Shown: piece by piece, positions 27,419 to 36,108 of the stretch
How positions within the stretch are numbered: position 1 is the stretch's first letter
How the letters are laid out: each line of letters begins with the position of its first letter
NCBI GenBank assembly: GCA_903844155.1
Contig: CAIMSU010000077.1
Location: 5,917-69,916 of the forward strand
Length of the DNA: 64,000 nt
Source: an uncultured Pseudomonadota bacterium
GTDB taxonomy: Bacteria; Myxococcota_A; UBA796; SXON01
Direction: 5' to 3'
Translations under genes and position numbers: made by a program
Notes under the pieces: generated by a model
The model's input: only the letters and a program-made list of their open reading frames with translations
What the model was told of the DNA's origin: nothing
The model's database searches: none

Positions 27419-27567
27419 TCCCTTAGGGCGGCTCGGTCGGCCCCGCGCCGGTGCCAAACGGGGACCATGGAACGCCGCATTGCCCGTGCGCGGGCTCCCT
27501 CGGGTTACCCCATCGCGTGCCGCCAGAGCCCCCCCCGATCGCCTCCCGCCTCGGCCGGGCGCGGGCG

Positions 27568-29370
27568 ATGGCCCCAGTCGCGCTCCTCGCCTTCGCGGGC
27601 GCCGTGGCGGCCACGTTCGTCGCGGCGTTCGCGCCGACGCAGACCATCTTGTGCAACTTCGTCCACCCGGATTGCCTCGGCAACCATTGGCTGATGGTGT
27701 GGGTGGCCGAGCAGGTGATGCACGGCCGCAGCATTCTCCACAACGACGCGTACTATTGGCCCATCGGCGACGCACCGTGGCTGGCGGGTAACGGCAGCGA
27801 AGGCTTCTTGTATCTGCCTTTTCAGGCGGCAATGGGCTGGCCGCTGGGTTCGAACGTCTACCTGATCGGCATCCTCGCGCTCAATGGGCTCGCGGCGTTC
27901 GCCCTCGCGCGCGCCGCGGGCGCGTCCACGCCGGCATCCCTCGCGGCCGTGCCGACCGCGACCTTGTCCATCTACACGCTTCAAGAGCTTGGCGCAGGCC
28001 GGTTTTCGCAAGTCAGCATCTGCTGGCTGGGGTTCTTCCTGGCGAGCTGGCTTCGGCTGCTCGCCGAGCCCACCGCGCGCCGGGCGCTGCTCTCGGGCCT
28101 GCTGCTCGCTGTCACCTCGCTATTTTACTGGTACTACGGCCTTTTCGGTGTGCTGGCCGGGGGCGTGCTGCTCCTCGCCCGGCGTCCCGCCGGGTCACTT
28201 CGCCCCCTCGCCGTCTTCGCGGCCACGTACCTTGTGCTGGTGCTACCGCTCTTGTTCGTCTTCCTGCGCTACTGGGCGAGCATCCCGGGCACGGGCGAGG
28301 AGCAGTTCCCGCACCCGCAGTCGTTCGGCGACAGTTGCTGGCCGGGCATCCCCTTCCTCGTCACGGGTGGCCGACACTCCGGACGGGCGCTCCCGTTCAC
28401 CACGGTCATCCTTGCTTTTGTCGGGCTCACCCACTCAAACCGTCGCGTTGCCCTGGGCCTGGGTGGCGTCGCGTTGCTGTTCGCCGGACTCATGGCCGGG
28501 CCGCTCATCCCGCACGGGCCCTACGAGTGGATCTACGGCCTCGCCCGCCCCCTTCAGCGGTTCTGGTGGCCCTACCGGCACGTCGCGGTGCTGAACTACA
28601 CGCTCATCACCCTCGCGGCCCTCGGCCTCGACCGGCTCGTCGATCTGTACCGGACGCGACGACCTATGAAAACTGACGTCGTCCGTTTTGATACATCGGC
28701 GGGGCTGGGCTGGGGGCTGGCGCTGTCGATCCCGCTCCAGTTGCAGCTCCAGGGCGCGCCCTGGCACGCGCAGTTCTCGCACGTCACTGCACCCGAGCCG
28801 TTCTACGCGAAGGTCGCGAAGCTGCCGGGCGCGCGGATGATCGAGCCGCCGCTGGCACCGGCGCTGGCCAGCAGCGAAACCCCTTTGATCTACCAGCTTT
28901 ATCACCACAAGCAGCTCCTGAACGGGCACGCCGAGTGGGTCGACCGGGTGCGCCCGAAGGCCTGGGACACGTTCGTCGCCCAAAACAGCTTTCTCACGGA
29001 GATGCAGGCGTTGGAGATGGGAAAGGTGAACGGGCCGTTCACGTTCCGCGCCGAGGACCTGCAGGCGCTGCTCGACCAGGACGTGCGCGTGATGGTGGTG
29101 AACCGCGAGTACTTTCCGGTCGCGTTCAACGGCCTCACCACCAGCTACTCCGCGTTGTTCAACGCGCTCTTTGGCCCGGCGACCGCCGAAGGAAAGCGCG
29201 CAGACGCCTGGGACATGGCGCGCTGGAACCATCAGAGCAGCGTGGACATCCCCCCGTTCGCCTGGCCCGCGAATGTTCAGCCTGGCGGCCCGGATCTCTC
29301 GATCCTCGGCATGCACGAGGCCTCGATGGGCTTCACCATGCCGGCGATGGGACCGCAAAAGGGCAAGTAG
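27568..29370 (+). CDS. Polytopic membrane protein (about 10 TM) with a C-terminal periplasmic domain; family not recognised
   Basis: Long high-GC3 ORF with repeated hydrophobic helices up to about residue 360, then a soluble domain. Start ATG 27568 (MAPVALLAF). Confidence 0.65.
   Translation: MAPVALLAFAGAVAATFVAAFAPTQTILCNFVHPDCLGNHWLMVWVAEQVMHGRSILHNDAYYWPIGDAPWLAGNGSEGFLYLPFQAAMGWPLGSNVYLIGILALNGLAAFALARAAGASTPASLAAVPTATLSIYTLQELGAGRFSQVSICWLGFFLASWLRLLAEPTARRALLSGLLLAVTSLFYWYYGLFGVLAGGVLLLARRPAGSLRPLAVFAATYLVLVLPLLFVFLRYWASIPGTGEEQFPHPQSFGDSCWPGIPFLVTGGRHSGRALPFTTVILAFVGLTHSNRRVALGLGGVALLFAGLMAGPLIPHGPYEWIYGLARPLQRFWWPYRHVAVLNYTLITLAALGLDRLVDLYRTRRPMKTDVVRFDTSAGLGWGLALSIPLQLQLQGAPWHAQFSHVTAPEPFYAKVAKLPGARMIEPPLAPALASSETPLIYQLYHHKQLLNGHAEWVDRVRPKAWDTFVAQNSFLTEMQALEMGKVNGPFTFRAEDLQALLDQDVRVMVVNREYFPVAFNGLTTSYSALFNALFGPATAEGKRADAWDMARWNHQSSVDIPPFAWPANVQPGGPDLSILGMHEASMGFTMPAMGPQKGK
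28669..28689. repeat. Second copy of the AT-rich palindrome (AAAACTGACG t CGTCcGTTTT), located in-frame inside the membrane-protein CDS
   Basis: 9 of 10 arm positions pair. Shares the GAAAACTGACG core with 669-697. Forms a local low-GC patch translated as ...RRPMKTDVVRFDTS... Confidence 0.7.
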
Positions 29371-29382
29371 TGCCCCAAACCC

Positions 29383-30468
29383 TCACCCAAACAACCCGAG
29401 CTGGGTGCCCGTCCCCGGCCGGCGGAACGTCGATCCCGCGACCGGCTCCGCCTTCTTGTCCGCGAACGAGGGCGTCGCCGAGCTCTCGCCGGTGTGAGTG
29501 CGCAGGCCCAGCCGGCGACACGTCAGCTCAAAGAGCTGCTTCGTCGCCGCCCATTCCTCGCCGTGCCCCGACATCCGCTCGCCGAACCGTGCCTCCTGCA
29601 GGCGCCCCTCCCGCGCCCGCGCCAACCGCGCCAGCACGCCTTCCGCGCGCGTCGGCAACGTGGCCCGCAGCCGCGCGCTGAACACCTCCTCCACCGGTCC
29701 CGGCAACCGCACGAGGATCATCGCCGCGTGCCCCGCCCCAGCCTCCGCGCACGCCCTGAGGATCGCGGGGATGTCCCGGTCGTTCAGCCCGGGGATCACC
29801 GGCGCCACGTTCACGGCGACCGGCACGCCCGCTTCGTGCAGCCGCCGCATCGCCTCCACGCGCCGTTGCGGCGACGGCGTCCCCGGCTCGATCGCCCGCG
29901 CCACGTCGGCATCCCAGAACGGCACCGAGAACACGACCTGCACCTTCGCCTCGGTAGCCAGCCGCGCTAGCACGTCCACATCCCGCTCGATCAACGCCGC
30001 CTTCGTGATGATCGCGACCGGGTTCCGGTACTCCAGGCAGACCTCCAGGCAGGCGCGCGTCAACCCCCAGCGGTACTCCAACGGCTGGTAGCAGTCGGTG
30101 TTCCCCGAGAAAAGGATGGTCTCGCCGAGCCAGGCGCGATGGTCGAATTCCTCGCGCAGCAGGGCGGCTGCACGCGGTTTGACAAGGATCTTCGTGTCAT
30201 GATCGGTGCCGGCGCCAAAGCCGAGGTACTCGTGGGTGGGGCGCGCGTAGCAGTACGCGCACGCGTGCATGCACCCGCGGTAGGGGTTGAGGCTCCAGCG
30301 ATGCCACAGGTCCGGGCTCTCGTTTTTCGAGAGGATCGAGCGCGTGTCGTCCTCGTAGACCGTCAACCGCGCGAGGTCCGGCGGCACCTCCCAGACGAGC
30401 TCCCGCGCGTCGAAGCGAGCGACCGGGTTCGCGATGGCACGGAGCATCCGTTCAGTATATCGCCGCAC
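29383..30468 (-). CDS. Radical SAM protein, PA0069/SplB-like family (COG1533)
   Basis: SLNPYRGCMHACAYCYARPTHEY (CxxxCxxC); the remainder resembles the Rv2578c/PA0069 group. Confidence 0.85.
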   Translation of the reverse strand: MRRYTERMLRAIANPVARFDARELVWEVPPDLARLTVYEDDTRSILSKNESPDLWHRWSLNPYRGCMHACAYCYARPTHEYLGFGAGTDHDTKILVKPRAAALLREEFDHRAWLGETILFSGNTDCYQPLEYRWGLTRACLEVCLEYRNPVAIITKAALIERDVDVLARLATEAKVQVVFSVPFWDADVARAIEPGTPSPQRRVEAMRRLHEAGVPVAVNVAPVIPGLNDRDIPAILRACAEAGAGHAAMILVRLPGPVEEVFSARLRATLPTRAEGVLARLARAREGRLQEARFGERMSGHGEEWAATKQLFELTCRRLGLRTHTGESSATPSFADKKAEPVAGSTFRRPGTGTQLGLFG

Positions 30469-30574
30469 CTCCGGCCCGCAAGGGGTTGGGCGGGCCGAAC
30501 GCGAAAGACCACGTTAGCCGCCCGTTCGCCTGCCTGCCGCGCTTCCCCACTCCCCGATTCCCCGAGTCACGACC

Positions 30575-31390
30575 ATGGCCCTCACGTACTTCCAAGGCAA
30601 ACACGTCCTCGTCACCGGTGGCAGCTCCGGCATCGGCCTGTCCGTCGCCCGCCAGCTCCTCGGCCACGGCGCGACCGTCACCATCCTCGCCCGGCGCCAG
30701 ACCCTCCTCGACGACGCCCGGACCGCGCTCGCGACCCCCGACCGCACCCACACGCTCTCCGTGGACGTCTCCAACGAGGCCGACGTGACCGAGAAGGTCG
30801 GCGCCCACATCCAGCAATACCCCGCGGACATGCTCATCAACAACGCGGGCATCGTGATGCCGGGGCGCTTTCTGGAGCTGGAGTACAAGCACTTCCGCGA
30901 GATGATGGACGTCAACTACTTCGGCACCATCCACATGTGCCGCACCGTCCTCCCCCAGTTCGTCACGCGCGGCGGCGGCCACGTCCTGAACGTGTCGTCG
31001 ATGGCCGGCGCCATCGGCATCTACGGATACACAGCCTACGCCGCCAGCAAGTTCGCGATCTGCGGCTTCTCCGAAGCCCTCCGTGGCGAGATGTGGCCGC
31101 ACAAGATCCGCGTCTCGGTCTGCCTGCCCCCGGACACCGACACCCCGCAGCTCGCGTTTGAGAACCAGTTCAAGCCCGCCGAGACCAAGGCCATCGCCGG
31201 CACGGTGAAGACCATGAGCGCGGACGACGTCGCCAGCGCCATGCTCTCCGGGATGGCGGCCGGTAAATACGAGATCGTGCCCGGCATGGACGGGCAGCTC
31301 ACGGTCGTCGCCAGCCGATTCCTGCCCGGGGTCACCCGCTGGGTGTGCGACATGAGCCAGAAGAAGGCCAAGCCGGAAGCAAAAGCGTAG
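30575..31390 (+). CDS. SDR with strong similarity to eukaryotic 3-ketodihydrosphingosine (3-dehydrosphinganine) reductase KDSR/FVT1
   Basis: HVLVTGGSSGIG, SVDVS, MLINNAG, VSSMAG..GYTAYAASKFA..GF.EAL and the distinctive CLPPDTDTP..ENQFKP.ET segment all parallel human KDSR as I recall it. Confidence 0.8.
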   Translation: MALTYFQGKHVLVTGGSSGIGLSVARQLLGHGATVTILARRQTLLDDARTALATPDRTHTLSVDVSNEADVTEKVGAHIQQYPADMLINNAGIVMPGRFLELEYKHFREMMDVNYFGTIHMCRTVLPQFVTRGGGHVLNVSSMAGAIGIYGYTAYAASKFAICGFSEALRGEMWPHKIRVSVCLPPDTDTPQLAFENQFKPAETKAIAGTVKTMSADDVASAMLSGMAAGKYEIVPGMDGQLTVVASRFLPGVTRWVCDMSQKKAKPEAKA

Positions 31391-31505
31391 CGCCGCGCGG
31401 GGTTTTTCGGGTCTTTTGGGCGGCTCGCCCGGCCCTTCGCCGATCCCGATCCCGCCGTGGAACGCCGCGCGGGCCCCCGCGCCGCGTCGACGCGCGGCCG
31501 CCGAG

Positions 31506-32267
31506 CTACCCCGCGGCCTTGACCGAGCCCGCGTGCGATCCGTCCGGGCAAAGCACCCGAACGTGCATGTGGTTGTCGTGGTTCGGCGCGTGGCGCAGGT
31601 ACCCGGTGCGCGTCCACGGGTGGTTGTCCGTCGGGAACACGTCGTCCGCCTCGGCCTCCGTCAACAAGCCTGCGTGCGTCGTGTAGGCACGCAAGCGCGC
31701 GATGTGCGCGTGATCGAGCAGGATGAAGTCCACGTACCCCGTGTCGAGGAACGCCTCGATCAACGCCCAGTTCGCCACCACGTCAAAGTTGTCGCCAAGC
31801 ACCTCAAAGCCGCCGTTGGCGTTCTGATGCGCTCCCGTCGAGTAGATGCCGATGTCCGCATCCACGCCGCCGCGATGCGTGATGTGGCCGGACTGGAAGC
31901 CGCCGTGCTCGTGGGAGACGTCCCCGATGTTCACGGGCGACGCTGCAGGCATCAACCAGCGCATGTGCCGGGTCGCGGAGACGATCGCGTCGATCATCTC
32001 TGGGGTGCCCCACTCGTTGTCCGTGATGCCGCGCTTGAAGAACAGGGGCAGGTCCGGGAGCTGCACGCCCCCTTCCAGGTACTGGTCCGAGCAGCCGACC
32101 GCTCCCGTGTCAACACCCTCAGCCGCGTCCGTCGCCTCGGTTTCCGCCGGAACCACCTCGCCTTCCAACGACGGACCAAACTCCGCGCCGGTTGCGAACA
32201 TCGTGGACCAGAGGAGGAGGGGGAGCAGCAAATCGGACCTGAGGGAAGGGAACGGCGACCATACCAA
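31506..32267 (-). CDS. Penicillin-insensitive murein endopeptidase MepA-like (peptidase M74)
   Basis: Signal peptide; SHEHGGFQSGHITHRGGVDADI and NHDNHMHVRV metal-ligand motifs. TTG start at 32267 is uncertain. Confidence 0.75.
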   Translation of the reverse strand: MVWSPFPSLRSDLLLPLLLWSTMFATGAEFGPSLEGEVVPAETEATDAAEGVDTGAVGCSDQYLEGGVQLPDLPLFFKRGITDNEWGTPEMIDAIVSATRHMRWLMPAASPVNIGDVSHEHGGFQSGHITHRGGVDADIGIYSTGAHQNANGGFEVLGDNFDVVANWALIEAFLDTGYVDFILLDHAHIARLRAYTTHAGLLTEAEADDVFPTDNHPWTRTGYLRHAPNHDNHMHVRVLCPDGSHAGSVKAAG

Positions 32268-32550
32268 TCCCCGCCACGGATGGGAACCCGGGTGGAACCT
32301 TTTTTACACACCTGTCCATCGCGCCAGGCGTCACGGAAGCCCGGTTGACGGTCAGAACAGGCGTTGCAGGCCTGTTTCAGCAAAGCACGACCATCGGCCG
32401 TTCGCCACATCGGAGTTGTCACGATTTGTCGCGCGCCTGAATGCCGTTCGCGCTTTCGGTCGATTGCGCCGCGATATTGACGCGTCAACACTAGCTCCGC
32501 GCAGGTGCAACCCCGCTTACGCACCTCCGGCCGCGAGGATCTGGCGCCCG

Positions 32551-35160
32551 CTACCCGTCGGCCCAGCTCCGAAGCGCGTCCAGGAACCGGGCACCGTAGC
32601 GAGCGAACCGCTTCTCGCCCATCCCGTGGATCGCCATCATCGAGCTGCGGGTCACCGGGCGCTTCTCGACCATGTCCGCGAGCGTGCGGTCCGCCGCGAC
32701 GACGTAGGCGGGCACGTCGTCCGCGCGCGCGAGCTCGGCACGCACCTCGCGGAGCTGGGCGAGGAGGTCGCGGCGGACCCCGACAGGCGCCCGACCAACG
32801 GCGGCGGAGCGCGTCGCCTTCTGCCCGAGCGGGAAATTCATGCGGAAGCCGGACGCGCGCTGGTGCATCACCTGCTCCCCGAGGTCGGTCAGTTGAACCA
32901 CGGCAAAGGTCCGCTCAACGCCCTTGACCGGCCGCGTGACGACCGACCGCCTGGTTGCCCCGGCGCGCTCAAGCTCGCCGAGCACGCTCTCGACCTCCGC
33001 CCGCGTGTACTGGGAGAGGATTCCGTAGGTGCTCAGCCGTTCAAAGCCGAACGCCAGAACGGCAGGCTCGGTGCTGCCGACGAGCACGCGCGCCACCATG
33101 TCTGGCTTGAACCCCTCGCCCGCTCCCCTGTCCGCGCCGCTCCGGGCCGCCATCCGCCCGATGCAGGCCAGCACCTTGCGCACGACCGTCTCCTCCTCCG
33201 GCGAGAGCGGCTGTGGTCCGACGGCGATCTTCCTGCCTTCGCGGCACCCGTCACAATCGCCACAGCGCTCCCAGGGCGGGCTGTCCCCGAAGTATTCCAG
33301 AAGGTAGCGGCGGCGGCAGCCAGCAGCGGCATAATCCACCATCTTCTGGAGCTTTTGGAGTTCGCGACCACGCCGCTCCTTCATCTTCTGCTCGTCGAAC
33401 GCCAGCACGGCACCGGGTTTGAGCAGCTCGAACCCGCCGACCCGCTCGGGCGCGTTGTACGTGAGGACGCCGCGCTGCTCCAGGCCGCGCAGCGCGACCG
33501 CCACCTGCTCCCGGGTCAGGTCCAGCTCCTCAGCGATCCGGTCCGGCCAGACCGCGACGGCGTCCTCCGCGGTCGTCGCCCCGGCACGCCGTGCGAGCGT
33601 CTTGAGGCATGCCAGAACGCGTCCACGTTGCCCATCGGCGACCTGCGCATCGTCGCGCGGTGATGGCGCGGTGAGCCGGACCTGACCGGCCCGCTCGGCC
33701 GGCGCAACGCGTCGCACGTAGCCCTCGCGCTGCAGCACGTAAATGCAGCTCCCCGCTGCCCTTTCGCCCCCTGCATCGTCAGGAAGGACGGCAGCAAGCT
33801 CCTCCAGCCCGATGAACACGATCGCGGTGGCACCCATCACCGGGCCCTCCGGTCCGGTGACGGCGGTTTCTTCCCCGTCGCGCCCGGTTTTCCGGCTGTG
33901 ACGCGTGTTGGTGGCATCGGTTGACGTGTCCACGCCCGCGCGGGAAACAGCGAGCGCGACGGCTGCTGACCGCGTCGAAGACACGCTTCGTGCGGGGCAC
34001 GACGTCGCGCCTTCTCCTTGGCCACCCGGGATCGCCGTCGTCCGGTCGCCGTTCAGCGCGTTCAGGCGCGCCCAGATGCGCTGCACCCAGTCTGCCGGCG
34101 GATGGGCGAGGTTGATGAAGAACTCCTGGGTCCTTCGGTCGTCCTCGCGAAAGAGCAACACCACGCGGCTCCGCTCTCCATCGCGCCCGGCTCGGCCAAT
34201 CTCCTGATAGTACGCCTCGATTGTCCCCGGCAGATCGTAGTGGACGATGGTCCTGACGCATGCCTTGTCCACACCCATGCCGAACGCGTTGGTCGCCACG
34301 ACGACCGGGGATCGCCCGTCCATGAACGCGTCCTGCACCGCCGTCCGCTCCGCCATCTCCAGGCCTGCGTGGTACATCGCCACGCGATCCCGGCCGATCG
34401 AAGCGCGTAATGCCTCCGTCGCCCGCTCGACGTTCTTGCGGGTTGCCGCGTAGATCAACGTCGAGCCCGTGCTGACGAGCGAGGCCAACACAGCGTCCTT
34501 CTCACGCGGCCCGTTGACCGGCAGCACCTCCAGGCGCAGATTCGCGCGGTCAAAGCCCGTGACGAACCGACGCGCCTGCGGGATCCCGAGCGCGCGCAGG
34601 ATGTCGGTCTGCACGAGCGGTGTGGCGGTCGCGGTGAGCGCGACCGTTCGCGGGTCGCCCAGGGCGTGACGCACCTCGCCGAGCCGCAGGTAGTCCGGCC
34701 GAAAATCATGGCCCCACTGACTCAAGCAGTGCGCCTCGTCCAGCGCGAGCAGCCGTACCTTCGCGGCGCGCAGCCGCTCCACGAAAACCGGCGTGAACCG
34801 CTCAGGCGCGACAAAAACAAGCTCCCAGGCGCCTTCCTGCACCTCCCGGAGCCGAGCCCGACGCTCCTCGACCGGGATCGTGGAGTTGATGAGCGTCGCC
34901 CGCACCCCCCGCCGCACCAGCCCCTCAACCTGGTCCTTCATGAGCGCGATGAGCGGCGACACCACGACCGCCACCCCACCCGCGCCCGCCGTCAGCGCGA
35001 TCGCCGGCAACTGGTAGCAGAGCGACTTCCCCGCACCCGTCGGCATGACCACGAGCGCATCCCCGGACTCGACGATGTGCTCGACGATCTCGGCTTGCCC
35101 AGGCCGAAAGCTCGGAAACCCCAGACGTTGCTTCAGCAGATGTTCGAGCGGGAGCGCCAT
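32551..35160 (-). CDS. recQ: RecQ-family ATP-dependent DNA helicase (long form with Zn-binding, WH and HRDC regions) carrying a 64-codon repeat-element insert
   Basis: FRPGQAEIV, MPTGAGKSLCYQ, DEAHCLSQWGHDFRPDY, GRAGRDG, the Cys cluster CRRRYLLEYFG...CGDCDGC and the C-terminal HRDC (VVAADRTLADMVEKRP...GMGEKRFARYG). Confidence 0.95.
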   Translation of the reverse strand: MALPLEHLLKQRLGFPSFRPGQAEIVEHIVESGDALVVMPTGAGKSLCYQLPAIALTAGAGGVAVVVSPLIALMKDQVEGLVRRGVRATLINSTIPVEERRARLREVQEGAWELVFVAPERFTPVFVERLRAAKVRLLALDEAHCLSQWGHDFRPDYLRLGEVRHALGDPRTVALTATATPLVQTDILRALGIPQARRFVTGFDRANLRLEVLPVNGPREKDAVLASLVSTGSTLIYAATRKNVERATEALRASIGRDRVAMYHAGLEMAERTAVQDAFMDGRSPVVVATNAFGMGVDKACVRTIVHYDLPGTIEAYYQEIGRAGRDGERSRVVLLFREDDRRTQEFFINLAHPPADWVQRIWARLNALNGDRTTAIPGGQGEGATSCPARSVSSTRSAAVALAVSRAGVDTSTDATNTRHSRKTGRDGEETAVTGPEGPVMGATAIVFIGLEELAAVLPDDAGGERAAGSCIYVLQREGYVRRVAPAERAGQVRLTAPSPRDDAQVADGQRGRVLACLKTLARRAGATTAEDAVAVWPDRIAEELDLTREQVAVALRGLEQRGVLTYNAPERVGGFELLKPGAVLAFDEQKMKERRGRELQKLQKMVDYAAAGCRRRYLLEYFGDSPPWERCGDCDGCREGRKIAVGPQPLSPEEETVVRKVLACIGRMAARSGADRGAGEGFKPDMVARVLVGSTEPAVLAFGFERLSTYGILSQYTRAEVESVLGELERAGATRRSVVTRPVKGVERTFAVVQLTDLGEQVMHQRASGFRMNFPLGQKATRSAAVGRAPVGVRRDLLAQLREVRAELARADDVPAYVVAADRTLADMVEKRPVTRSSMMAIHGMGEKRFARYGARFLDALRSWADG
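33833..34024 (+). mobile_element. Hairpin-ended repeat element, copy C (192 nt), inside recQ. Same + strand orientation as copies A/B, so antisense to recQ.
   Basis: CACCGGGCCCTCCGGTCCGGTG...GCTGCTGACCGCGTCGAAGACACGCTTCGTGCGGGGCACGACGTCGCGCCTTCTCCTTGGCCA aligns with 12074-12260. Preceded by TGGCA. Translated in recQ as GQGEGATSCPARSVSSTRSAAVALA...EETAVTGPEGPVM. Confidence 0.85.
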
Positions 35161-35206
35161 TCCAAGGAGCTAAGGCGGAACGCCCGGTCAGGCTACAAAA
35201 CGACTG

Positions 35207-35758
35207 TCACGATTGTTTGCGCCCGACGGTGACGTACTTCAGGCGCGAGAGCGCCTCAGCCATGGCCGAAACGTCCCCGGTCCCGGCCTCCCAGGCCGTG
35301 AACATCGCCTCGATCTCCGCCCGGATCTCGCCGGCCCGCACCTCGGCTCGCTCCGCAAAGCTCCCGGGTCGCTCCTCCTCGTCCTCCCGCCACTCAAACA
35401 TCTCGCCCAAAAAAGCCGGATCGAGCGCCAACCCCTTCTCGGGCGGCGTGGCCGAGCCGGTCGCGAGGTACCAGGCGCGGGTGTCGGGATCGAGCAGGAT
35501 CTTCCGGCACGAATTGAGCGTCGCCGTCCATTGCAGCGCCAGGACCCGGTCGGCGGCCGACTTCCCGCCCTGACGGTCCGGGTGGATCTTGCGCGCGAGG
35601 GCCCGATAGTTTGCCTCCAACGCCGCGAGATCGAGGTGCCAGGCTCGTCGCAGGCCCAGCACCGCGAACGGATCCGCCACCGTCGGCGGCTGCTGGATCG
35701 CCCCGCAGCTCACACAGACGACGACGGCCGGCTCGTGGCAGACCCGACACAGCGGCAC
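35207..35758 (-). CDS. hscB: Fe-S cluster co-chaperone HscB (J-domain) with an N-terminal CxxC-x7-CxxC element
   Basis: J-domain with DPFAVLGL and KIHPDR (HPD), plus a C-terminal helical HscB domain. GTG start 8 nt after the iscA stop; N-terminus is VPLCRVCHEPAVVVCVSCG. Confidence 0.8.
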   Translation of the reverse strand: MPLCRVCHEPAVVVCVSCGAIQQPPTVADPFAVLGLRRAWHLDLAALEANYRALARKIHPDRQGGKSAADRVLALQWTATLNSCRKILLDPDTRAWYLATGSATPPEKGLALDPAFLGEMFEWREDEEERPGSFAERAEVRAGEIRAEIEAMFTAWEAGTGDVSAMAEALSRLKYVTVGRKQS

Positions 35759-35766
35759 AGCCCCGC

Positions 35767-36102
35767 TCAAACGGAGAAGCTCTCCCCACAGGAGCAGCTC
35801 TTGCCGGCGATCGGATTCTTGAATTCGAACCCGGTCTTCATCAGCTCGGCCTTCCAGTCCACCTCCGTCCCATTGAGGAACAGGTAGGACTTGCGGTCGA
35901 TGAGCACCGTGACTTTCTGCTCTTCGCCGAACTGGAACTGCTTGTCCTTCGGGTCCGCCTGCTCGGCGAAATCCACGAAGTACGAGAGCCCCGAGCACCC
36001 GCCACCCCGCACGCCGATGCGGAAGTAATGGTCGGGCGTCTGACGCTTTTGCTTCAGCTCGTTGATGCGCGTGACGGCGCGCTCGGTGAGTAGTATCGCC
36101 AT
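35767..36102 (-). CDS. iscA: IscA/HesB-family iron-sulfur cluster insertion protein
   Basis: RIGVRGGGCSG...NPIAGKSCSCGESFSV conserved Cys triad. Confidence 0.9.
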   Translation of the reverse strand: MAILLTERAVTRINELKQKRQTPDHYFRIGVRGGGCSGLSYFVDFAEQADPKDKQFQFGEEQKVTVLIDRKSYLFLNGTEVDWKAELMKTGFEFKNPIAGKSCSCGESFSV

Positions 36103-36108
36103 CGGTGC

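Noticed and set aside
31391-31505. Possible terminator hairpins between the convergent KDSR-like and MepA-like genes (CCGCGCGG-GGTTTTT; GCCGCG-tcgacg-CGCGGC).
   Set aside because: The stems are only 4-6 bp of GC-rich sequence that arise easily by chance here. There is no convincing stem plus U-tract structure.
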